Shown: positions 10,757-22,125 of the stretch, in pieces | Layout: each line of letters starts with the position of its first letter | Position numbering within the stretch: the stretch's first letter is position 1 | Source of the DNA: Savitreella phatthalungensis | Lineage: Eukaryota | Direction of reading: 5' to 3' | DNA length: 64,000 nucleotides | Assembly (NCBI GenBank): GCA_051599415.1 | Contig: AP039701.1 | Span: forward strand, 248,001-312,000 | Notes under the pieces: model-generated | Seen by the model: only the letters and a program-made list of their open reading frames with translations | Told to the model about the DNA's origin: nothing | The model's database searches: none | Program-made: the position numbers and the translations under genes

Positions 10757-11998
10757 CTAGTCCTGAGCGTCTAGCTTTGCCTGGACTTGAGCCCACTTCT
10801 TGAATCGGATTGATGAGACCTCGATAAATCCTGAAGTCCAAGAAGGATCGAAACCGCCTAGCTGGTCCATGGAGGCACCTTCCTCGTCGTAGAGAGAGAA
10901 CTCTGACTTGCGTCCAGTAGCTCGGACGGTTCCCTTGTAGAGGAGGAGCTTGACTGTGCCGGTGACTGAGACCTGTGAGGCTGTGATTGCAGGGAGTAGC
11001 ATTCGGGTGAGCGGTGAGAACCAGCTACCGTTGTAGACGAGCTCTGAGAATTTCGGAGTGATGAACTGATCACGAGCTGCACGGACATCCCGATCGAGCA
11101 CCAAACCTTCCAAGTCGATGTGGGCAGCACGGAGAATCGTCAGCGCAGGCGTCTCATAGCAGCCACGTGACTTGACACCGATAAACCGATTCTCGACAAT
11201 ATCAATCCGGCCGACACCGTGCTTGCGAGCGACCTTGTTGAACGCGAGGAACAGCCCTAGCGGGTCTGTGGGTGCATCGCCGGTCTCGTTTGATCGGAGT
11301 GCTACGGGGACACCGTTCTTGAAATCAACCTCGATCTCCTCCGGGAGGTCTGGGGCGTTGCGAGGGTCGGCAGTGAGCTTCCACATGTCGTCTGGGGGTG
11401 AGGAGAAGGGGTCCTCGAGGTTGCCTGCCTCGTAGGAGATGTGTGCGAGGTTCTCGTCCTCGGAGAACGGCTTCGCCTTTGTCTGCGACACGGGGATCCC
11501 GCGCTCCTCTGCGAACGCCAGCAGCGCAGACCGACCCACAAACCTGTCGAAGAAAGAGGGGTCTCGCCACGGCGCAATCACCTTGATCTCAGGCTTCAGC
11601 GCATAGAACGCAAGCTCGAATCGGACCTGGTCGTTGCCCTTGCCCGTGCACCCATGTGAGACAAACCCACAGCCTGTGCGTTCTGCCACTGCGATTTGGG
11701 CTCGGGCGATGATCGGTCGGGCGAGAGCAGTGCCGAGCATGTAGACGTTCTCGTAGATTGCGTTTGCCTGGATGGCCGGGTGGATGATCTCAGTCACGAA
11801 CGTCTCACGCACGTCCTCGATGTGTACTTCCACACACCCAATCTTGAGAGCCTTCGCACGAGCAGCCTCAAAGTCCTCCTCCTGACCAATGTTGGCCATA
11901 AACGCGACAACCTCGTACCCTTGCTCAATCAGCCATCCTGCAATACAGGACGTGTCTAGACCTCCACTGTATGCCAAACAGACTTTTCCCTTGCTCAT
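10757..11998 (-). CDS. ARG1: Argininosuccinate synthase
   Basis: Start at ATG 11998 (MSKGKVCLAYSGGLDTS); signatures AYSGGLDTS, HGCTGKGNDQVRFE, SRGCYETP; 413 aa, intronless. Confidence 0.97.
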   Translation of the reverse strand: MSKGKVCLAYSGGLDTSCIAGWLIEQGYEVVAFMANIGQEEDFEAARAKALKIGCVEVHIEDVRETFVTEIIHPAIQANAIYENVYMLGTALARPIIARAQIAVAERTGCGFVSHGCTGKGNDQVRFELAFYALKPEIKVIAPWRDPSFFDRFVGRSALLAFAEERGIPVSQTKAKPFSEDENLAHISYEAGNLEDPFSSPPDDMWKLTADPRNAPDLPEEIEVDFKNGVPVALRSNETGDAPTDPLGLFLAFNKVARKHGVGRIDIVENRFIGVKSRGCYETPALTILRAAHIDLEGLVLDRDVRAARDQFITPKFSELVYNGSWFSPLTRMLLPAITASQVSVTGTVKLLLYKGTVRATGRKSEFSLYDEEGASMDQLGGFDPSWTSGFIEVSSIRFKKWAQVQAKLDAQD

Positions 11999-12766
11999 GA
12001 TGGATTTGAGGTAGATGTATCTATCGTATGGATGTAGTGAAGAGAGAGATGTTCTTGTCTCTCGACCCAGACAGTGTTCGGAGGTGAAGGTGTCTGATAG
12101 TGAGTGGTCACGGGGGTTATCGGTGAGTGGATGAGTCAAAGAAAGAATGAAAAAAGATTTTGAAAGATAGATTGATCCGGTTTGATCGAGGGTGGGTGAT
12201 GGAATGATAAGAAGATTAAATTTTGCTTAACTTTGCTTATGTTGAATCCAGTTCCAGATGTACATCTGCGTCAGAATTGTGATGAATTTCACAGACACAT
12301 AAGATAGAATCCACGATCAAAGATTGAACGCAGACAAAGTTTTCGTTTTGTGCATCGGGATAAGATTCTGTCGGAGAGAAGAGTTATACCGTGGATCTGT
12401 ATGCACGTACATGTGCTGATAGTGTGGTGAGATGAAATTCAGACTTCCAATTGCACGGGATCTACCCGTCTAGAATCCGCTGTATTGAATCAACTTGACC
12501 TTGAATACATTGAATTTCTGCAATTTCCATAATTACCCAGTCTGGTATATCTTTTCAAAGTTGTCAAATTTTGAATGCACAAAAACCTTCCCTCCAACAA
12601 TTTGTTCACCATGCATTGTTGAATCACAGACAGAACGATATCGATCAATGCATGAATCTCTGGAGATGTATCGAGTGATACACGTGATTCGGACTTCAGG
12701 CACCTCTCTCATGTATACATCGACAGGTTCTCTGAGTATCGGAGGCGTGCGCGCTGTGCAAAGAAG

Positions 12767-13244
12767 ATGGAAGGTCGGGCGTACGCTAACCCTGTCTCTG
12801 GTCCACGGTTCAAGACGGTATGTCTCTTTCTCCCTCTCTCTCTCACTCTCTTTCTTGACATGACTGACAAATCAGCTGCCTGGTGCTGCACTTGACGGCA
12901 CGGCATCTACTTTTCAATTTGCCGGTGAGGATCACACGCTAGGAAACGCGCTCCGATATGTGGTGATGAAGAACGAGCGGGTGGAGTTCTGTGGGTACTC
13001 GATCCCTCACCCGAGTGAACCGTTCATGAACTTGCGCATCCAGACTTATGCTTATGGGAATGCGGATATGCCGGCCACGGCACCGAGAAACAAAGAGGAA
13101 GAGGAGGTCGGACCGTATACGGCAATCACAGCACTCGAAAAGGGGCTTGATGATCTCCTGGCCATGGCACAGCATATCAGGACGACGTTCATTGATGAGG
13201 CTGAAGCCATCATCGGAGCAGGAAGCGATATGGAGACCGGATGA
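12767..13244 (+). CDS. RPC19: RNA polymerase I/III shared subunit AC19; join(12767..12817,12876..13244)
   Basis: Splicing a GTATGT...CTGAC...CAG intron gives MEGRAYANPVSGPRFKT/LPGAALDGTASTFQFAGEDHTLGNALRYVVMKNERVEFCGYSIPHPSE, the RPB11/AC19 signature. Confidence 0.93.
12818..12875 (+). other. Spliceosomal intron (58 nt) in RPC19
   Basis: GTATGT donor, pyrimidine tract, CTGAC branch site, CAG acceptor; removal restores frame. Confidence 0.9.
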
Positions 13245-13425
13245 TTCTAGGTGCTTCACCAAAGACACCCACCCACGCAATGCTATAACTCACAGGACAA
13301 GGTAGTTTGCGTTGAGATGAATAACGAACTCGTACACACACATCGTTCTGATCTGGATTAAAATAAATGATAGTGGTGCTTTTGACCCTTTGCTTTGACG
13401 GGGTCTCATACTCGGGGTTTCATTT

Positions 13426-15006
13426 TCAGGCTTCCGGTTTTGTACGCTTAGATTTGCGTTCCTTTGCAGCGCCTGCGAGTGACTGGGCATAGGGTGAGCG
13501 CTTGCGGAAGTACTCGCCCTTGAAGTAGAAGACGTAGATCGGGATGCACAGAGCGACACCGAGCAGCGACAGGATGAAGGATGGCCAGACGAGCGTATGG
13601 CCGTCAAAGATCTGGTAGAAGGGCGTCGAGTACATAGCTGCAATACCAGCGAGCGCATCTCTTGCAAGCGCATTGCCGCCAGTAGCACTCGCGCCTGCCT
13701 CAGGTCCGTAGGCCGCAATCATGTACTCCACCGTGTACTGGTAGATTGCAAAGTTCGCCACAGCCACGATACCGCCAGAGATAATCGGACCCCAAGCTGA
13801 GTTGTAGTTAGGACCCTGGGACGTCCAAGCAAAGCACATCAGACCGATCGGCTCGAGTGGCGCCAGGAAGAGCAGCATCCAAAGCTTGCGCTCTGGTGGC
13901 ACGTTATCGTAACCGCCCTCGCGCTTGTACCGGCGGCGCTGAACTGCAATATCTGGGAAAGTGATGAAGTATGCGATGAAGTAGCCGACAAGAAGAGCGA
14001 CGAACGTGAGTCCGATCTTCCAAGCTGGGAAGTTGTACTGCGCAAAGACGAGACCGTAAGATTCGAGGAAGATGAAGATCAGAGCGTCGGAGAATCCACT
14101 GAGAAGGGAGAGGAAAAGAACGATCGGCTCTGTGAAGAACATGTGGAAGCTCTTGAACACGATACCGGCGAATTCGCGCCAGTTCCAGCGTTCGCGGAAG
14201 CTGCCCTCGACCTCATTCGGTCCCCAGATGTTCGGATCTTCGCCGGACTCACGGCGACGCTTTGCCTCGCGGTCCAGAAGGATCGTCGCGCGGGTTTCTG
14301 GGACGAGGAAGAGGTGGATAAGCTGCGTAGCACCGCCAAAGATGAGCTGAACGTAGAAGACCCAGCGGTAGTCGGCAAATGATTGGATGAAGCCACCGAC
14401 GACAGGTCCAAGCACACTGCCGCCGACGGAGGAGAGGACGACAAAAGAGACCGCGTACTGTTGGTCTTCTGGCTCCCACATGTCTGCAATCATACCGAGC
14501 GTGACAGAGCCGCCGGCAGAAGAAAGACCGCCAAGCGCACGTGCTGCGAGCAGACCACCGAAAGTGGGCGAGAGGAAAGCTGGAATTTGCCAGATGTTGA
14601 CGAGGAAGAGCGAGATCTGGAGAACGGGGAATCGACCGAACTTCTCACTCGGTCCAGCCCACATCTCACTTCCGATAGCATACATGACAAGGAAGAGGAG
14701 CTGGCCAACACGAGCTGCCTGCTCACTGACGCCATAACGCTCACTGATGCCTGGAACACCGTTGGCGTAGATACTGGCATTCAAGTTCATCGAGTTTTGG
14801 ACGACGAAGATGACTGTGATGATCATCCACTTCTTCCACTCCGGAAAACAGAAGCCGAGCTTGTCATAAGCCTCGTCCTCAGTGAGCACGCGCTTGCCAT
14901 CCTTACGGCCAGGCTGTTCGCGCTTCTCCGTCTGCGTTTCGTTCGAGTCGCTCTGGCTGAGAGCGAGATTCTCCTGATGAGAAGTCTCAGGGGCGTCCAG
15001 GGCCAT
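13426..15006 (-). CDS. MFS transporter, DHA1-like drug:H+ antiporter family
   Basis: 526 aa, about 12 hydrophobic segments, WKKW before TM1, motif A-like GPSEKFGRFP, PETR, FTEPIV, PPERKL. Confidence 0.92.
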   Translation of the reverse strand: MALDAPETSHQENLALSQSDSNETQTEKREQPGRKDGKRVLTEDEAYDKLGFCFPEWKKWMIITVIFVVQNSMNLNASIYANGVPGISERYGVSEQAARVGQLLFLVMYAIGSEMWAGPSEKFGRFPVLQISLFLVNIWQIPAFLSPTFGGLLAARALGGLSSAGGSVTLGMIADMWEPEDQQYAVSFVVLSSVGGSVLGPVVGGFIQSFADYRWVFYVQLIFGGATQLIHLFLVPETRATILLDREAKRRRESGEDPNIWGPNEVEGSFRERWNWREFAGIVFKSFHMFFTEPIVLFLSLLSGFSDALIFIFLESYGLVFAQYNFPAWKIGLTFVALLVGYFIAYFITFPDIAVQRRRYKREGGYDNVPPERKLWMLLFLAPLEPIGLMCFAWTSQGPNYNSAWGPIISGGIVAVANFAIYQYTVEYMIAAYGPEAGASATGGNALARDALAGIAAMYSTPFYQIFDGHTLVWPSFILSLLGVALCIPIYVFYFKGEYFRKRSPYAQSLAGAAKERKSKRTKPEA

Positions 15007-16796
15007 CTTCGACGGTCTTGTGGGGAAGTAGGGAGAAAGTCAAGTTGTGGTAGTTGCGTGGAATGGAAGTGTTAAGCTGTGATGCTGTTGCTGTAGCGCG
15101 TACTTTTTACCAGCACGTCGGTCGTGTGAGTTGGAAGTGTGTCGATAGTGTCGATAGGTACCTAGATGAACCTGGGAGAATAGCTATTACTTATACGACT
15201 GGACAGTGTGGGTGAAGTGGAGCGTCTCTTTCGTATCTCGTGGTGGGTCGATGAGACTTTCGATTCAATACTTCAGAATGGGGTTCTCCGACATGAATCG
15301 TCTTGGCCATAGTTCGATGATGGTGATTTTAGCCTGCCATGCTCGCGACTGCCGGTGCATGGAGGTGCTTACTTGCCTGCTTGCTTGCTTGCTTGCGTAA
15401 AACCCCCTGCAGGGCGTTTACTCCAGGCAGCCGGACAAGGGAAACCGTGTCAGAGTGCAAGCGAGCGTGACTGAGAAAGGATGAACGCAAGGATGAGCAT
15501 GGCGCAGGAACGGGAATGGACATTCAGGCGTTGGAGTTGAACATTTGAAGACAATCTATCTGCGATCGCCTCTGTTGCCCGTGGCTTGCTTGTCATGTGG
15601 ATCATTTGCCCGACAGAATTTCCTCATCGCAAATCCTTTCCTGAGTTCTACCTGCTCCAGCTACGGTCTGTCGTCGAAAGAATGACAAGGACATATTCCC
15701 GAATGTGCGTCACAATCGGCTACTATCTTCTTCCGAATTGCAGGCTGATTAGAACGGGTTGAGTTGCTGTCTTGCTGCAGAACCTGCGTCAGCTATGCAC
15801 TTTGAGTTTCATCCCTCCAGTGACTTTTGAGCCTGGTTTCTATTCAAGGAAATTTTCTCCTCGCTAAGTGGACGCCACGTTTGACATATCGTCCGTCTTT
15901 TTGACAATTTGACGTCATCCGATGATATATTCTCACTCCCCACTCACAATATTATCATTTCATACCATGCCATGACTGCAGATGACCCCGGACATGGTCG
16001 ATTCTCCACGTTTCCCTGATGTAGAACCCAGGGTATACCAAGGCAAGAGTCGGGAGAATACGAGGACAGTATTGAAGAATGAAAGTGGAGCTTCATGATT
16101 GTGCATCTTCTCTCAATGGCAATGACAGAGATCATCCGGCAACGGGGTCATGATCTGCACTCTGAAAGATCCTTTCCATATTCATGCCATGCTGCCGAGC
16201 AGATGCACGATGTTGGCAGACGTGATAGATCGCCGAGTGACACGTTGACCTTCAAGATCTCTTCGATTGCTTGCCTTGATTATCTTCTCGTATACCTATT
16301 CGTGTACCTTAATGGATTTCGACTTTCCGAAATACTTCGATTTGTTCCTGTAACCCTGATAATCCCAGTCGCGAATACGGAGGGCCGAATGTCCCACAGA
16401 TCTCCGATGCATGGACTTCGGTCACGAGGACCATCTCCCGAACTATGATATAGGAGAGGACCACAGCGGCCAGGTCGCAACTACTTGATGAGTCGAGATG
16501 ATTGCCGTTAGCAATAGATTGATTGAGGATAGCCGGCGAACGTGCACCGATAGCGCTACAATCTGCAGAAGCGTAAGCCTTGGTCACCGTCTGTTGTTCA
16601 ACCAGCATGTGACGAGAAAGAGTCACGAACTCATTGGACGCTCCCGGAAGTGTTATATATTGGCTCGGCTGCCTCGAGTAGTCTAGGTCGGCAAGAGAGC
16701 GTTGCTGACTACGGCAGCGCAGATACCCGAGATTTCCGAATCAACGAACTTACGGATAGTTAGATTTGGGCTTCTATACCCCATCGATTGGGCACA

Positions 16797-17183
16797 ATGC
16801 GCTTGACGACTGCCATGACGATCCTCGCAGTCGCTTTCGTCAGCCACAGCGCCGGTAGTCCGATTCATGTGCACTGCCACCGGCCTAGACTCGGATCTAG
16901 TGCCAGTGCATCGAAGAGTAGCCTAGCAACAGCTTCGAGGACACGACTCTCACCTGCTCAACTCACGTCCCTCACAGCAGCCGACAGTGACTCTGATTGG
17001 GACGACAGTTTGTCGTCAATCTCGACGCTGGGCACAGGCGACAGCGATACAGTGGCACCTCCCGTGGTCGCCAAATTGCACGAGACAGAAGTTTCTACGG
17101 CGACAAGATACTCAGACGCCGACGACAGTCTGTCACCAGCGATCGCAACACCCACACCAACGCCAACGCCAGTGTGCATATAA
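16797..17183 (+). CDS. Small secreted Ser/Thr/Asp-rich protein (candidate effector)
   Basis: ATG 16797; signal-like MRLTTAMTILAVAFVSHSAG-SP; 128 aa, low complexity, no recognisable domain. Confidence 0.55.
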   Translation: MRLTTAMTILAVAFVSHSAGSPIHVHCHRPRLGSSASASKSSLATASRTRLSPAQLTSLTAADSDSDWDDSLSSISTLGTGDSDTVAPPVVAKLHETEVSTATRYSDADDSLSPAIATPTPTPTPVCI

Positions 17184-17531
17184 CGTCGATAGCTTTGCCG
17201 TTTGATTAGCGATTGAATCCATCTGTCGTAGTTATATGATGTGTTGAATGTCCAAGTGCACGGAATGAATGATAACAAGACATGCATCATCTAACGTACA
17301 ATGTATGTGACAAGTTGAGTCAAAGTCGTGGATCAATGGTCGAATACAGCTTGCCGGTTCTCATTTGATTGATTGCTTGCTACAGTCGAGGATCTACTGA
17401 TTCATAAGTCTAGACAGCTTTCAAATCCGTTCAGTATTGCGAATTATGTTGCGTCCATAATCATAGTCGCTCGGACAGCTGCCGTCAGCCATGCTCGAGT
17501 TTGTCAGAACAATCGATCCGCCCTTTTAATG

Positions 17532-19076
17532 TCAGGTAGGTGCAGACACTGCTGTTTTGGTGACTGATCTGGCTGTTGGCGATGGAGCAGGGGTGGCCTC
17601 GGGGCTAAAGGAGTCTTGACGTGTGGTGGCGGCAGCAGCCGATCTGGCTCTCCGCTCTTCGCGTCTTCTTTCTGCCCGAGCAGTTCTCCTCTCGGCTGCC
17701 ATACTGCTTCTACTTCCTCGATTCCTGCGCGGCGGAGGTGTTGGTCCAGGCTCTACTTTTCGATCAAGGTTTCCAGACACACCTGACCCTCTGACAATCC
17801 AGGCTGGACGCAAAGCCGTCGGTCTGGCATGCACTGCTCGATATGACGCGGACAGCAAGCTCTGGCTGCTTTCGCTGGCACTTCTGCTTGCCCGAGCGGC
17901 TGCTCTTCTTGCTGCTCGGTCTGTATGCCATCCAGCTTTGATATCGTTACTAATTCGCTTCTTGGCGAGGATGTTTGTCTGGAGGAAGAGATTGGGTGTG
18001 TGGGCGCCAAGGCCCTTGATGGCGCCTGCAAGTGCTGTGTCGTGCATCCATCGCGTCATTACTTCGACTGACGCGAACTTGGTCCATGGCACATCATACC
18101 AGACCGCCAGTGCGCCCGCCACATAACCTGCAGCAAACGAGTTCCCCTCGACCTCGGAAGCCTGTCTATTATCGCCTCCCGGCCAGGTTGTGACAATCTG
18201 ACTGGCCGGTGCCAAGAGTCCGATGCATCTTCCGCGTGCACTCGGCTGCCACAACCAATCAGACATGGTCGTACCACCCACACACAAAGTGTATTCACTC
18301 GCACATGGCCGAGCCAAACACGCATCCCCACCGTAATTGCTAGCAGATGTGACGATGGGTAGCCCGAAGTGAACTGCTCGAGCAACGGCCAAGTCGAGAG
18401 ACTTTGAGTGAGCAGCAGGTACCCCGAATGACATATTGATGACACTCTTTCGCCCAACATGACCAGCAAGACCTACGGCGAGATGAATACCGCGGATGGC
18501 TTCAACCAAGGTTGTGCCGTCTTCATAGGTAGACGCCACTCGAATGGAAATGATACGCGATGCCTTGGCGACACCGAATGTACCACCGGCCGCGCAGCCG
18601 GCGACACCTGTACCATGTGCAGAAACATCGTATGTCGAAGGAGTATGTTGTTGCGTCCTCGCACCAGCACTGACATCGTTTTCAGGGTTGCAGACGGCCC
18701 GGCCGTTGAAATCTTCGTGATCACAGGCGATTCCGGTGTCAAGGATGTAGATGTCTGACCCCTGACCAAGGTACATTTCCGTATATTGGTAAGGATACGC
18801 CTCGAGGGAGGACTTGCCGGTGGAATCGATCGCTTCCCGGTATGAAATCCTCGACAGGGACCATGGCGCGAAGCCCTGTATAGCATCGAACTGTAGTTTG
18901 ACATTCTCTTCCACGACAATACCTCTCGTCCATCTGAGAGAGTTGAGTGCTGTCAAAGGCGTGTCTGAAGGAAGATAAGCTATCTGCGGCCCCTCAAGCA
19001 CAAGGTCCTTCCGCAGCGGATGAAGCAAGTCGTCTAATGACAACGCGGAGCTTGCCACGAGCCAACCAAATCTCAT
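17532..19076 (-). CDS. Subtilisin-like serine protease (S8, proteinase K-like) with Arg-rich C-terminal extension
   Basis: APWSLSRIS, Asp motif IYILDTG, HGTGVAG, VINMSFG, oxyanion SASN, Ser in GNSFAAGYVAG, TPNLFL; hydrophobic N-terminus. Confidence 0.88.
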   Translation of the reverse strand: MRFGWLVASSALSLDDLLHPLRKDLVLEGPQIAYLPSDTPLTALNSLRWTRGIVVEENVKLQFDAIQGFAPWSLSRISYREAIDSTGKSSLEAYPYQYTEMYLGQGSDIYILDTGIACDHEDFNGRAVCNPENDVSAGARTQQHTPSTYDVSAHGTGVAGCAAGGTFGVAKASRIISIRVASTYEDGTTLVEAIRGIHLAVGLAGHVGRKSVINMSFGVPAAHSKSLDLAVARAVHFGLPIVTSASNYGGDACLARPCASEYTLCVGGTTMSDWLWQPSARGRCIGLLAPASQIVTTWPGGDNRQASEVEGNSFAAGYVAGALAVWYDVPWTKFASVEVMTRWMHDTALAGAIKGLGAHTPNLFLQTNILAKKRISNDIKAGWHTDRAARRAAARASRSASESSQSLLSASYRAVHARPTALRPAWIVRGSGVSGNLDRKVEPGPTPPPRRNRGSRSSMAAERRTARAERRREERRARSAAAATTRQDSFSPEATPAPSPTARSVTKTAVSAPT

Positions 19077-19223
19077 TTCCTCTTGAATCAGCTATGTGTC
19101 AGCCTGAAGAATTGACGAAGGAGGATAGACGACTTGTATAAAGGGAGCGATGACGACGCTCATCCTTCGCCAGGGTACAACACTCATTCTTATCACCAAT
19201 CGCTCTTTCTTCGAAGACTGTTC

Positions 19224-20485
19224 ATGTGGACAACATTGCTTCTTGCAGGCCTTGTGGTCGGAAAGTCTAATCATGGCTGGTCACCTCACGGTATATCGCT
19301 CCACAATCCGTCTACCTCTGACGCCATCTCCGACTGACATATGTAGCAAACCAACGAGCTCTGAATCGATCCAGTCCCGCAACGACTCCGACGCCGAGCA
19401 AGGCACCGCAGCTGAGCACGACGACAAATGGTGCAGTCGCTGCCGCTGCCGCTGCGCCGAGCGCGCCGGCCAGCACGGGCAGTGCAACTCCTACCGGAGC
19501 CTCAGCGCCGCAAAACACTACTGAGGATGTCGACAGCGGTGCGATCTTTGAGGTAGGAGCTTCAAGCAAGTACTCCACGATTCAGGCAGCTGTGGATGCT
19601 GTCAAGGCCGCTAATCCAGCTAAGGCCACCATTTTCATTCACGCTGGCACCTATAACGAACAGGTCAACATTGTTCTGAAGGACACAAAGCTCACAATCC
19701 GTGGAGAGACCGACAATCCAGGCGAATCAGGGTCCAACACCGTTCATATAAAGAGCGCACTGACCTACAAGGACGCCAAGGGTTCCAACGGCGAAGACCG
19801 AGACGCGACAGCTACTGTCCGTGTGACTGGCGAGGTTCGGTGGTATAACATCAACATTTACAATACGGCATTCCAGACGACCGGTACACGTGCGCAGGAC
19901 CTAGCGTATCACGCGGAGAGTGCGATCACGGGGGCTACGAAAGGGCAGGGCATCTACGGATGCGGCTTGTTCGGTTATCAGGACACGTTGGAGGTGGACA
20001 CGCCGATGCTGGTTGCCAAGTCATACATCTCGGGTGCCGTCGACTTCATCTACGGCAGACGAGGTCAAGTTGTGATCTCCGAGTCGACCATTGAGACGCT
20101 CGGGACAGGCTGGATCACGGCGAGCGGTCGACAGGACGCTTCCGATCCGTCCTGGTTCCTGATCACCGACAGCAGCGTGACCGGGACCAAGGACATCACA
20201 TATCTCGGGCGACCGTGGGTACCATACGCCCGAACAACTTTCCAGCGTACCAACCTGCCTGAGCAAATCAGTCCCGATGGCTGGGCAAGCTGGACCAACG
20301 GAGGCCCCAATACGGCAACAGCTACGTTCGAGGAATTTCAGAACACAGGTCCGGGTGCTGCAACAGGATCACGCAAGTACGGAAAGCAGCGATCAAGTGC
20401 ACTCTCATTCGAGGAAGTCCTTGGCAAAGACATGAAGCAACAGTGGTGGGTCGACTCCAGTTTCCTCCCGAATGATTCAGCTTGA
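19224..20485 (+). CDS. Secreted pectin methylesterase (CE8); join(19224..19290,19347..20485)
   Basis: Signal-like MWTTLLLAGLVVG; intron removal joins a Ser/Thr/Pro/Ala-rich linker to YSTIQAAVDA, GTYNEQV, catalytic GYQDTL, GAVDFIYG and YLGRPW motifs. Confidence 0.92.
19291..19346 (+). other. Spliceosomal intron (56 nt) in pectin methylesterase gene
   Basis: GTATAT donor, CTGAC branch, TAG acceptor; phase-1 join (G+CA) puts the signal exon in frame with the CE8 domain. Confidence 0.8.
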
Positions 20486-20746
20486 GCTTGAGGCGGAGTT
20501 CTGCAACAGGCGAATGTGACCTGGCGATACAGAGTAGAGCGGTCACGCCCAGGTCTACCTCGCCCGAAGCAGGCATGGTGATCAGTCAGTAAGCGAAATT
20601 ACCCTGACACAGAAAGTGAGATAGGATCTCCAATCGATGAATGAGCCAACCTTACATAACCACTAGCTTCACAAACATGGCCTTGGTGCTTGCGTTGACC
20701 ACGAAAATCTGAATTCCAGGCGGGTCTACGCGCTCGTGTTGACCGG

Positions 20747-22018
20747 ATGCTGCTGCTGCTAGTGTTACACTTTGGCCAAGCGAGCGATGCAGTCCGTCCA
20801 GTATCATACAACGACATGCGCGCCTTCAGCGGCGGTATTGTTGTCTGGTCGAGTGCGAGGGTGAGGGTCTGGGAGTTGATTCACCCAGAGATGAGGGAAA
20901 GACTACGCTCGGCTCGACGCGAGTATGACAACCTAATCAACGGATTCTGGCTACCAGACAGTCAGCATGTTGCTGCACTCATGGAGATCCGTGGCGTCCG
21001 GGTGGAACACAACACGGAATTTGTAATGGATGAGCGTCTAACGCACCACACGCAGTCCTGGACACTACAGCGTATGTCACGCGGCCCGGGGTACGAGCTT
21101 GACGACAGCACAAGGATTCTTTACCAATACCAGTACTTTCCACAGCTTCTAGGTCAGGGCACCGTGCTATACACGCTTGATACTGGTGCGCGACAGCACA
21201 ACCATGAATTTCGTCAGATGGGAGCGAACGATCGACTCGGCCGTGTAAATACACGGGTCAAGGTACCAGGGCTGATGGCGTTCATACCTGGTGTCGAATC
21301 GCCAATATCGGCCTCTGCTGATGCAGATGGCCACGGTACAGCCGTCATGTCATGTGCGATCGGGAGGTCGCTCGGTATAGCAGCAGCTGCCACAGGATAT
21401 GCTGTACGTGTCGGTGGCGCAAATCCTAGCTCTCGAATTAACATCGACAGCGTATTGCGAGGGGTCGCTGCTATCTACCAACACACCCAACACACAACTC
21501 CAACGACCGCAGCCCCTGTTGTCCTCATGGCGGGTCATCACGGTCGTCGGAACGTGCGACCGTCTGAGGTCCTATTCCATGCATTTGAAAGTCTCATGCA
21601 CGGTGCCAACGCCATTATCGTCACGTCCTCCGGCAATGAGGTCGAGGACGCGTGTCAGCACGTGCCTGGTGGCATACCCGGCGTCGTGACTGTCGGCGGT
21701 AGCGGCAGGCACGATGAGTTCATGACTTCGGGCGTCGGGCCATGCGTGTCAATCCTCGGTCCCGCGAGACGTGCTGTCGTGGCATCACTACATGACCACC
21801 GAGCCACGCGGCTGATGAGTGGGACGTCTGTCGCGGCAGCCTACGCAGCTGGAGTCATTCTCACAGCACTCAGCGAGAACTCCCCACTACGATCGGTCAT
21901 GCGCACCTCAGCTCAAGCTGAAGCGTGGCTGAGATCGACAGGTTGGTCGGGTCAAGTTCACGACGTCCCTGCAGACACACCGAATCTCCTCCTGCGCACC
22001 ATCCAACGTGATAATTGA
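20747..22018 (+). CDS. Divergent subtilisin-like serine protease (S8), tandem copy 1
   Basis: Signal-like MLLLLVLHFGQASDA; WTLQRMSRG, YTLDTG, HGTAV, SSGN, GTSVAA, TPNLLLRTIQR. Confidence 0.88.
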   Translation: MLLLLVLHFGQASDAVRPVSYNDMRAFSGGIVVWSSARVRVWELIHPEMRERLRSARREYDNLINGFWLPDSQHVAALMEIRGVRVEHNTEFVMDERLTHHTQSWTLQRMSRGPGYELDDSTRILYQYQYFPQLLGQGTVLYTLDTGARQHNHEFRQMGANDRLGRVNTRVKVPGLMAFIPGVESPISASADADGHGTAVMSCAIGRSLGIAAAATGYAVRVGGANPSSRINIDSVLRGVAAIYQHTQHTTPTTAAPVVLMAGHHGRRNVRPSEVLFHAFESLMHGANAIIVTSSGNEVEDACQHVPGGIPGVVTVGGSGRHDEFMTSGVGPCVSILGPARRAVVASLHDHRATRLMSGTSVAAAYAAGVILTALSENSPLRSVMRTSAQAEAWLRSTGWSGQVHDVPADTPNLLLRTIQRDN

Positions 22019-22125
22019 AGTCTATTGATGCTGAAGCCTCTACTCTGGCCTTTGTTGAGCCGTAATTGACACGCGACGATAGCTACACTTGAATCTGACC
22101 ATATGCTGGCACAGCAAATGACGTT

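Noticed and set aside
11999..12139. N-terminal extension of ARG1 from a TTG start (similar TTG/GTG extensions at 25096, 35748, 37480, 44641, 63268)
   Set aside because: Artefact of bacterial-style start calling; homology and signal peptides begin at downstream ATGs.
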